28,083 nt of DNA, taken from positions 1 to 28,083 of IMG/VR virus record IMGVR_UViG_3300038379_000335, one strand, 5' to 3'. The notes beneath the pieces were generated by a model. It had not been told where the DNA came from and searched no databases. It saw nothing but the letters and a program-made list of their open reading frames with translations. A program made the position numbers and the translations under genes. The stretch is from a virus (taxonomy: Duplodnaviria > Caudoviricetes). Shown here one piece after another: positions 1-7,900 of this stretch; the first letter of the stretch is position 1; each line of letters begins with the position of its first letter.

Positions 1-1283
1 TTCCACGGCGTCAAAGCGTTCACCGTCAGCGTGTCCGTCGAGTCGACCGTGTCGTCGACTAGCTGCCGCTCCTCGGTCGCGGTACCGGGGCGCAGGAAGA
101 TCACGAGCCCGTTGTGCTGGTCGTCGACCCAGCCGCCGGCCGAGTCGACAAGCGTCGTCGTCGTGCCGGCCGACGTCGTCACCGCCTCGCGCACGGTGCT
201 CGCGAGGCCGCCGTCGAGGGTGCAGCCGCGCACCTCGACGTCGTCGTTCCCCGCCGAGTGGTTCGTGTTGCTGACGATGAACCAGTTGCCCTGCACCGCG
301 TGACCCACGCCGACGAGCACGACGCCGGGGTCGCAGGAGAGCGTCGTGTAGCTCGGCAGGTGGATGTGGGCGAAGCGGTTCGCGGCCGGGTTGCCGGCGA
401 GGCCCGAGGGGTACGGGTAGCGCGAGCCGGTGACGTGGAGGTGCTTTCGCTCGGTAATCGAGGAGTTGCACGCGAAGCGGTCGCCGCCGCAGAGCGCGTC
501 GAGCGCGGCTTCGATGTCGTTCGTGTCGACCGCGCCGGAGCCGTCGTAGTCGCCTTCGAGGATCATCGTGTCGACCGCGCCGGAGGCGTTCGTGTCGATC
601 GGCGTGTTCGCCGCGATGAACGGCCGCACGCGCGTGTCGCTCTGCCGCCGGTACATCGGGCGGTCGGCGAGCGAGAACATCGTCACGCCGTCGCCGGTCG
701 CAGAGGGCGCGGCAGAGTTATCGTCGAAGAGCGTCGCGCAGTTGCCGCTCGTGCAGCGGACGATGAGCGCGCCGTTACCGCCGGGAGAGCCGACCGTGAG
801 GGTGTCGGTCGCGGTGTCGTAGGTGAGGCCCGCGTCGCCCGCGAACGCGCCCGCGACGTTGATCTGAACCTGCCCCGAGGAGCCGCCCGGCGTCCCGCTG
901 CCGCCGCCGCACTCGCCGAGGTAGCAATCGGTGCCGCCGACTAGGTTCTTGGCCTTGTCGCAGTTGTAGTCGACGAAGACCTTGTCGGGCGTGGTCGAGG
1001 TGTCGCGGGAGAGGCAGCCCTCGTTCGTGCCGTTGCCGCCGATCTCGACTTGTCCAATCACGCGCAGGTCGCCATCCGGCTCGACGCGCTGTTCGATGCC
1101 ATCCGCGGCCGACACGTCTACGTCGACGTCGAGGCCACCGCTCGCGGCGTCGTAGATCGCAGCCCCGTCCGTGGTCAGACGCTTTTTCGCCTGCGCGAAC
1201 GTCTCGGGCGCGAGCAGCGAGAAGGCGAAGAGCGCGGCGTAGAGCGCGCAGGCCGCCGCCGCCATGCTAGTGAAACGCTTCAT
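1..1283 (-). CDS. Partial (3' end outside window, >427 aa) exported tailspike/fibre-like protein with N-terminal signal peptide and probable beta-helix region
   Basis: Not in the ORF track because it has no stop in the window. Manual translation from ATG 1283 (GAGGGG RBS; ATGA overlap with the sigma gene stop) is open to base 1. It reads MKRFTSMAAAACALYAALFAFSLLAPETFAQA..., PGGSSGQVQINVAGAFAGDAGLTYDTATDTLTVG (fibre-type motif), DTNDIEAALDAL...IHLPSYTTLSCDPGVVL...NDDVEVRGCTLDGG (pectate-lyase-like beta-helix entry pattern), then TTTLVDSAGGWVDDQHNG...GT...DTLTV (phage beta-barrel pattern). Confidence 0.75.
   Translation of the reverse strand, partial: MKRFTSMAAAACALYAALFAFSLLAPETFAQAKKRLTTDGAAIYDAASGGLDVDVDVSAADGIEQRVEPDGDLRVIGQVEIGGNGTNEGCLSRDTSTTPDKVFVDYNCDKAKNLVGGTDCYLGECGGGSGTPGGSSGQVQINVAGAFAGDAGLTYDTATDTLTVGSPGGNGALIVRCTSGNCATLFDDNSAAPSATGDGVTMFSLADRPMYRRQSDTRVRPFIAANTPIDTNASGAVDTMILEGDYDGSGAVDTNDIEAALDALCGGDRFACNSSITERKHLHVTGSRYPYPSGLAGNPAANRFAHIHLPSYTTLSCDPGVVLVGVGHAVQGNWFIVSNTNHSAGNDDVEVRGCTLDGGLASTVREAVTTSAGTTTTLVDSAGGWVDDQHNGLVIFLRPGTATEERQLVDDTVDSTDTLTVNALTPW
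521..585. repeat. 20-bp direct repeat (521-540 and 566-585) encoding tandem DxxxSGAVDT loops
   Basis: TCGTGTCGACCGCGCCGGAG occurs twice, 45 bp apart, in frame; peptides DTNASGAVDT and GDYDGSGAVDTND. Confidence 0.9.
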
Positions 1284-1831
1284 CGAACCCCCCTCGACAT
1301 CGCAGCGCGGAGTCGGCCGAGCGCCTTCTTGACCGCGCACGAGATGGCCGGGCCGCTCCTGTTATACCGTGTAGCGATCTCGGCCACATCTTCATCGAAG
1401 GCGAAGCGGCGCACGAGGATGTCGCGATCGCGCTCGGTGAGCCGGTCGAGCGCGGCGCGGAGCCGGCGTAGCTCTTCGAGCCGCTCGGGGTCGAGCGGGC
1501 CGACCCGGAGCGCCGGGGGCACCCACTCCGGGGCATCCTCCCAGGCCGCGTCGAGCGAGACGGTCGGATGCCGGCGCTCAGCCGGGATCTTCTCGACCCG
1601 CGTCCCGTCCGGGTTCGCCACCCGGACGGCGTCGAGGGCGGCTCCGTGAGCCCGGATCGCGGCTAGCTGGCTAGGAGGGGAGGGGACGCGCTCGCAAAGC
1701 TCCAGCAGGGCCACCCACGCCGCTCCAACGAGGTCTTCCTGAGCGAGTGCGAGGTGAATGGAGGCCGCCGGGGAGACCTTGGCGAAGACCCGCCCGCCAG
1801 CCCAGCGGGCGATCCGGTCGAGCCGGGCCAC
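1280..1831 (-). CDS. Sigma-70 family RNA polymerase sigma factor, FliA/WhiG-like, compact (about 183 aa; start uncertain)
   Basis: Region-2-like QEDLVGAAWVALLE and AAIRAHGAALDAVR (cf. RIRGAILDELR), TVSLDA, and region-4 LDRLTERDRDILVRRF..EDVAEIA...SGPAISCAVKKALGRLR. GTG 1831 is the first standard start after the upstream stop at 1858; RBS is weak. Confidence 0.8.
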   Translation of the reverse strand: MARLDRIARWAGGRVFAKVSPAASIHLALAQEDLVGAAWVALLELCERVPSPPSQLAAIRAHGAALDAVRVANPDGTRVEKIPAERRHPTVSLDAAWEDAPEWVPPALRVGPLDPERLEELRRLRAALDRLTERDRDILVRRFAFDEDVAEIATRYNRSGPAISCAVKKALGRLRAAMSRGVR

Positions 1832-1857
1832 TTCGGCCGCGGGTAGCGCGCCGATAC

Positions 1858-2829
1858 CTACGTCCCGTCGGCCCGGAAGCTCACCGTGTTGAGGTTCACC
1901 ACCGGCAGGCCGCCGGGTCCCTCGTAGGTGATCGAGCCGTCCGTTTTCACGAGGATCACCTCGCCGCCGCCGACCTCTACTTCGAGGTTCTCGGCCGGCC
2001 GCGAGCCGGACGGGAGCACGTTCGCGCCCGAGAGGATCGAGGCACCCTTCGCGATCGTGACGGAGTTGGTTTCGATGACGCCCTTCAACCTCACGACGTC
2101 GCTTGCCGGGTAGTAGCTGCGCGCCGGGATGGCGGCCCCGGTGCGCTGAACCCACGGCGAGGTAAGCGCGAGCGCCGACCACGAGGTCGGCGCGCCCGCG
2201 CCGCCGCCCGCGGCCAGCTGCGCGGCGATGCGCCGGATCGCCTCCGAGTAGACCTCGCCTGAGAACTTGTCGGACGGGCCGAGCAACGGGAAGCCGTAGG
2301 TAGGCTCGCGGTCGCGTGCAACGATCGCGATGCGGCCCTGAGGATAGAGCCCGACCGTCGTCTCATTGAACGTCGAGCCACCCCACACCGAAGAGAGCCG
2401 GAAGCTCGCGCGCTTGATGTCGATCGTCGCGCCGACGAGCATCGGCGGCTGACCCGAGATGAAGAAGATATCGTTGGTCGCGATCGTGCCCTGCTCAGGC
2501 GAGTCGGCGAAGCGCGGCGGGTTCCCGCAGAAGTCGGGAAACGAGATCGCCGGCATGGAGGCGATCACCGCCGTCGCCGTAGAGGTAACGCCGTAGATCG
2601 TGTCACCGATCGCAGGCTCGGGCGTGTCGACGGTCATGTAGAGGTATAGCTGACCGCCCGAGCCCGTCGTGAAGAGGAAGACGCCGTTGTTCGCGCCGCC
2701 CGCGCCGGGCCACTTTAGCGACTCGCCCGCGACGAAGGTGCCCGTCACCGTGCCGACGTTGATCTTCCAGACGGCGCGAACCAGATTCGATCCGTTCACG
2801 ACGACGCAGTTGAAGCCCATGAATTGCAT
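1858..2829 (-). CDS. Minor tail / tail fibre-like protein (323 aa) with C-terminal receptor-binding-type domain
   Basis: ATG 2829 in TGATG overlap with upstream stop. G/T/V-rich beta sequence. C-terminal WSALALTSPW...VVRLKG...LPSGSRP...ILVKTDGSI...LNTVSF matches the common siphovirus fibre C-terminal pattern. Confidence 0.65.
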   Translation of the reverse strand: MQFMGFNCVVVNGSNLVRAVWKINVGTVTGTFVAGESLKWPGAGGANNGVFLFTTGSGGQLYLYMTVDTPEPAIGDTIYGVTSTATAVIASMPAISFPDFCGNPPRFADSPEQGTIATNDIFFISGQPPMLVGATIDIKRASFRLSSVWGGSTFNETTVGLYPQGRIAIVARDREPTYGFPLLGPSDKFSGEVYSEAIRRIAAQLAAGGGAGAPTSWSALALTSPWVQRTGAAIPARSYYPASDVVRLKGVIETNSVTIAKGASILSGANVLPSGSRPAENLEVEVGGGEVILVKTDGSITYEGPGGLPVVNLNTVSFRADGT

Positions 2830-4157
2830 CAGCTGGCCGCCTCCATGAAGCCCTCGACAGCAGCGACGAAGGCCCCCATTTCGTCGGCGTCCCAGGATCG
2901 GTGATCGCAGGTGACGTGAAGGTGGACGCGCCCGCCTTCGCGGCGTCCCATCGCGACCGACGCCGACACGCCCTCGAAGGGCACGAGCCACGCCTCGGGC
3001 TTACGGAGCCCGTAGGGCTCGCAGTTAGACACGACGACCGCAGCGGTCGGCGCGGGGAACATCGCTTCGAGATCGCGCGCGACGCGGATCGGCTCCTGCT
3101 CGCTCGCGCGCGCGCGCGCCGCGCGCCGCGATAGCTCGCGCTCGACCGCGAGCGGCGAGCGGCGGTGAGGTGAGCGCGTGTAGACTGTCATGAGGCCGCG
3201 CGTCTCGCGCGAGTGAACGCGCCGAGCGCCGATCCACGGGTCGGCCGGCCGGAAGAGCCGACTCGCGCGGATCGTGCGGTTCAGCCGCGGGAAATGATCG
3301 AGCGCCGCCGAGCACGCCTGAACCACGAGCGCCTCGTTGCGCCGCGTGTCGAGCGCCGGAGCGAGCACCCAGCGCGACTCCGCGATCCGCGCCTCGACAC
3401 CGTTCGCGACCGTCATCTTCGACTGCTCGTGCGCGTTCATCTCGATCGGATCGGCCGGCCGCGAGAGGAGCGCGCCGCGCGCGGCGACGATCAGGTCGCG
3501 GACGTCCGGCTCGACGCCGAGGTGACGGCACGCCTGTTCGTGACGCCGTGCGGCGTCGATCCCCATACGCGCCGCCGCCGCGGGCCCGATCAGGAAGGCG
3601 AGCGGCGCGAGCCACTCCGGCGTGCCGGCGAAGCGGAAGATCAGGGCCTCCAGATCGCGCAGCACCGAATCCGAGGTCGGCCGGCCGTTGTACGCCTCGG
3701 CCGTAACGCCGTAGGCGGCCTCGGTATGCCGCGCCTCGTCGGCTTCGACGCTCCGCAGCATTTCGGTGCAGAAGCCGCCCGCCATGAGGTGCCGGAACAC
3801 GGTGTCGAGCCAGCCCTCGGAGACGAGATTCAGCACCGCGAGCGACTCGGCCCCGCTGAGGTCGAGCAGAAAACCGACGAGATCGGCAAGCTCCGGCGTC
3901 TCGGGCGCGAGCCCGCCGAGCCGCCGAGCCGCCTCCGCGAAGAGGGTCTGGTGGAACAACTCGTCTTCGAGTTGCCCCGCGATCCCCTCTCCGCGTAGCG
4001 CCGTCTCGACCGCGAGTCGCTCTAGCCACGCGAGCGACGAGAAGAGCCGGCGCGCCGCTTCCTGCCGTGTCCCGCCGTCCGCGAGCGACGGGTCGAGGAG
4101 GGTGATCGCAAGCTCGGCGCGCTGATTCGCGCGTGCACGCGCGGCGGCGGTACTCAC
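2829..4157 (-). CDS. Fusion protein: N-terminal ferritin-like diiron domain + C-terminal 2-oxoacid dehydrogenase E2/CAT-like acyltransferase domain (442 aa)
   Basis: Diiron ligand pattern E46, E66-x-x-H69, E114, E141-x-x-H144. The C-terminal half has AALDHFPRLN, VVVSN and TCDHRSWDA..GAFV..V..FME (cf. E2 DHRxxDG...F...LE). No lipoyl domain. GTGA/TGATG overlaps on both sides. Confidence 0.8.
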   Translation of the reverse strand: MSTAAARARANQRAELAITLLDPSLADGGTRQEAARRLFSSLAWLERLAVETALRGEGIAGQLEDELFHQTLFAEAARRLGGLAPETPELADLVGFLLDLSGAESLAVLNLVSEGWLDTVFRHLMAGGFCTEMLRSVEADEARHTEAAYGVTAEAYNGRPTSDSVLRDLEALIFRFAGTPEWLAPLAFLIGPAAAARMGIDAARRHEQACRHLGVEPDVRDLIVAARGALLSRPADPIEMNAHEQSKMTVANGVEARIAESRWVLAPALDTRRNEALVVQACSAALDHFPRLNRTIRASRLFRPADPWIGARRVHSRETRGLMTVYTRSPHRRSPLAVERELSRRAARARASEQEPIRVARDLEAMFPAPTAAVVVSNCEPYGLRKPEAWLVPFEGVSASVAMGRREGGRVHLHVTCDHRSWDADEMGAFVAAVEGFMEAAS

Positions 4158-4480
4158 GAGAGCGCCGTCACGAGGCGATCAACCGCGCTCTCGAAGCGGG
4201 CGACGGCATCGCAGACGAGGCGCGTGTTGTCATTCGCCTGACGGAGAAGCGCCTCGTGCCGCTCGTCGGCCTCGCGCGCCTTCGCGCGGAGGGCGCGAAG
4301 CTCCGCGGCCACCTCACGCACCGCGCCCTCGACTTCCTCCATGAGCCGGGAAGCCGAGGCCGACCGCTCCTCGAAAGAGCGACGCATCGCGCAGACCGCT
4401 TGAGCCATCAAGCGAGGCGACGGGACGCCCTCGAAGCCGAAGTCGTCAGCGGGTCGGAATCGGTCGACGGGCGCGGACAC
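4154..4480 (-). CDS. Hypothetical coiled-coil protein (108 aa)
   Basis: GGGGAAG RBS; A/E/R-rich heptad-like helix; stop overlaps the next start (GTGA). Confidence 0.7.
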   Translation of the reverse strand: MSAPVDRFRPADDFGFEGVPSPRLMAQAVCAMRRSFEERSASASRLMEEVEGAVREVAAELRALRAKAREADERHEALLRQANDNTRLVCDAVARFESAVDRLVTALS

Positions 4481-4943
4481 GGTCGACTTCCCCCTGGAAT
4501 CGCTCAGGCTCGATAGCGCGTAGCGCGCGCTCGTGCGAATCCGGCGAGAAGCAGCGCGGGTCGACGAGCGTCACCCGGAACAGGCCGGGCTTGGTCGTCG
4601 CGATCGGGATGATCTCGTTTAGCTGCACCACGACCGGCTCACCGTTCACGCGAACCTCGATATCGGTCAGCGCCTCCGCCTCGGGGCCGTCGGCGATCAG
4701 CATGAACTCCGCGGTATCCTCACCGTCCGCCCGGATGCGATCGGTCGAGAGCGAGAGGCGCACCGCGGCGCGCGCGCAGACGGAGCGGCGATCGGGCGTC
4801 GGCGCGTAGCGTTCGGGGTGAGCGCCGACGACGGCGGTGAGATCCTCGGGCACGAGGGCCCAGCCCTCGCCCGTCGGTGCGCGGCCGTCGAGCACGACTT
4901 CGGTCGCGCCATCGCTACGCACGCGGAGCCAGCGCCGCCTCAC
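4446..4943 (-). CDS. Hypothetical tail-associated protein with possible Ig-like domain (165 aa)
   Basis: Follows the tail-tip gene; LSLSTDRIRADGEDTAEF resembles the start of Big-1/invasin-type Ig domains. Confidence 0.6.
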   Translation of the reverse strand: MRRRWLRVRSDGATEVVLDGRAPTGEGWALVPEDLTAVVGAHPERYAPTPDRRSVCARAAVRLSLSTDRIRADGEDTAEFMLIADGPEAEALTDIEVRVNGEPVVVQLNEIIPIATTKPGLFRVTLVDPRCFSPDSHERALRAIEPERFQGEVDRVRARRPIPTR

Positions 4944-4946
4944 GAG

Positions 4947-7900
4947 CTACGTCCCCGCAAGCACGTCTTCCTTCACGGTGATGGTCGCCTTCTTGATGAG
5001 CAGCCGTAGGTTCGGCTCTTGAACCTGAGCCGGGTCAGTACCGGAGCGCGTCTTGTACGGCATGAAGGCCGGCTCTCCCGTGTCGGGGTTGCCTTCGAGA
5101 AGGATCTCGGTGTCCGACACGACCTGAAGGATCGGGTAGTAGTTGGTGGCGTGCATCGAGTTGGACTGGATCTCGTCGCCGGGCCGGATGAAGTTGCTCC
5201 AGCGCGTGCCGCTCCCGAGCACCTGACGGTTCCCCGAGACGAGGCCCCCCGCGCGCGCGAGACCCTCGCGGTAGCCGTCGCGCGTCCAGCGCAGCTGGAG
5301 CGCGTAGGTGTAGGTGCCGGCGTAGCGGAGGTCGAGGTTCCCACCGTGACCGCCGACGATGTAGCCGTTCGCCGAGAGGTCGACGGTGCCGGGGCGTACG
5401 ACTTCGATCTCGCCCACGCCCGGGTTGACTACGATGCGGTATTCGAGCTTGAGCGGCTGAGCCGTGAAGTAGAAGCTCACCGGGTCGACCTTGTCGCCAC
5501 CCTCTTCGATGAGCGCCGAGAAAATGCCGCCGTAACCAACAAGGCTCGGCAGGCCACCCGGCTGACCTACGACCACGACCGACTTCGACACGACCGTGAC
5601 CCAGGTATCGACGTCGGTCCCGTTGCCATCGAACACCGTGAGGTTCGCGATCTGAGCCTCGAAGGGGTCGCCGCCGACGTGGTCTTGCATGTTGCCGCGC
5701 GGGATGCCCGGCTCACTCTCGTGCACCGCGATGAAGGTGACGAGGCCCGAGCGCAGGCCCGTGCGCGACATCATCCAGATGCGAAGCCCGACCTTCGGGT
5801 AGAGGCCGCGGCTGAACACCTTCTGCTGATCGACAAACATCATGTCGGTGGAGTAGAGGAAGTCGCGCGCGCGCTGCTCGGGCCACGCGCGCAGCAGCGT
5901 GCCGGTGTCGGGGTCGAAGGCTTCGATCACGAAGCCGCGCACCATCGGGTCAAGCTCGCCGTCCGCGCCCTGAAGCCCGCCCGGCGCTTCGCCGATGCCG
6001 GTCTGATAGGTGAGCGACGGTTCACGGAACCGCACGCGCAGGTCGGCGCTCGTCCACGACTGCGAGGCGAGCCCCTCGTCGTCGAGGATCGCCACGTCGA
6101 GCACGCGGGCGAGGTGAAAGCCCACGTCCGGCTCGAAGTCGAAGAGGGCCTCGGCCGATGCGCCAGCCACGCCGCTCTCGCCGGTCTGACGCACCTCGAC
6201 GCTCCAGCGGCCGAACGGCGCAGGGTAGATCGAGAGCGACTTCTGCCCTGCCGGTAAGAGTAGGTCGACCGGCTCCTGTCCTTCGATGGCGTAGCGCACG
6301 AGGGTCGGCGTGATCAGCTGGAGCTCGACCGGCTCCCACGAGACGCGGAGCACGACGACGGAGCCTTCGACGGTCGCCTGCGAATCGGGCGTGATCTTGA
6401 GGTTCTGCGGCGCGCTCGGCCGGCCGCGCAAGCCCGATCCGCCCATGCCGTTCCACGGCGACACGGTGCCGTTCTTCCGGTTGTAGGCGCGCACGCGCAC
6501 CTCGAAGTCCTCGTCGACGTCGAGCGGGCCGATCAGGATATCGCCCGCCTCGGCACTCACCCGCGTAACCGTATTCCACTCCTCGTGAACCGGGAGGCCG
6601 GTGACCTCCGAGACGGGCCGCCACTGGCACTCGTACTCGTCGGTGCGCGAGCCGAGCCCCTTGCCAGGCGACGGCCGGAGCACGGCATACTGCTCGTAGC
6701 TCCCGTCTTCGCCGCGCAGCACGCGGTAGCTCACGCGCGCCTGCACCGCGCGTAGGTGACGCCCCGATGCGGGAGCCTCGGTTCGGAGCAAGAGGCCCGG
6801 GTCGTCGACGAAGCAGGCGTTCGTGCTCAACTCGCGGATCGAGAAGTGAGCGTCGGCGTGCGCCGGCTCGACGAAGCCGAGGCCGCGCACGCGGTCGCCC
6901 TTCACGAAGCGCGCCGAGAAGTTGCCGCCCGACGTCGCGTAGAATTGCGTCTGCTCGACAAACTGCACGCCTGAGCCCGACTCGGTCACTGCATTCGCGT
7001 TCGTGATCGTGATGCCGTCGCCACCGTTGCGGAGGGCGGTAATCGGGAACACGCCGCTGTTCGCCTTCAGGAAGCCGGGACCGCACGAGACGAAGCCGGC
7101 CGCGCGGAACCTCGCGAAGATCGCCTTACCGACCGGCCCGTCGAGGTAAACGACGCCGCCGCCCTGAGGTGCGACCGCGACCGCGTTGAGGCCGGTCCCG
7201 GCCGCGTCGACACCGATCGTCGCGAGCCCCGTGCGCCGGCCCGCGATGATCCGCTCGTTCCCGTCCCCGACTTCAGCGGAGCCAGAGGCGTTCGGGAGGA
7301 TCACGACGACGTCGTCGGTCACGCTCTGGATCGCGCCGTGCGCCGGGTTGTTGCCGGCGCTCGTGAAACCCTGGACCGTCGCGAACATGCCGGCCGCGAT
7401 TCCCTCTTCGATGAACGATCCGCCGTCCTGGCGCGTGAAGCCCTGCGCGTTGAACGTCCCGGGCGCGCCCGCGTTGATCTGACAGAGCGCGCTCCCGAAG
7501 GTTTCGTCGGTCCACGGCAGCTGAGGCATCGGCGGAGCCATCTGCTCGACCATGCCCTCGTCGCTCCCGACGGCCGAGTAGAAGATCGGAATGGGCTTCA
7601 CGTCGACGTCGTCGAAAAGCTCCGGCGCGTGATCGTGGCAGACGAGCACGGCGGTGAGGTCGTTCCCCTTCCGAATCCGGTTCACGACCACCTCGCGCGT
7701 GATCGCGCCGACCTCGCCCCACGTCACGAGCGCACCCTCCGCGCTGCCGAGCTTGAGGTTGATCGCGGTCCCGTTCAGCGCGGAGGTGAAGGCGATCCAA
7801 CTGTCATCGCTGGTCGAAGACCGGAGCGTGTTCGTGGCCGCGATATCGATTTGCTTCTGCGTCACCGTGAGGCCGGAGGGGCTCCGGGTACGGATGCGGC

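Noticed and set aside
1832-2182. N-terminal extension of the sigma factor ORF in the track (300 aa)
   Set aside because: Overlaps the fibre-like gene in another frame and has shadow-like composition; sigma similarity begins only near 1850.
2829-3500. Calling the acyltransferase a captured pyruvate/2-oxoglutarate dehydrogenase E2 metabolic gene
   Set aside because: No lipoyl or subunit-binding domains, no E1/E3 neighbours, divergent motif (DHRSWDA) and fusion to a diiron domain.
4154-4480. Possible holin or spanin
   Set aside because: No transmembrane segment or lipobox; only a soluble coiled coil.
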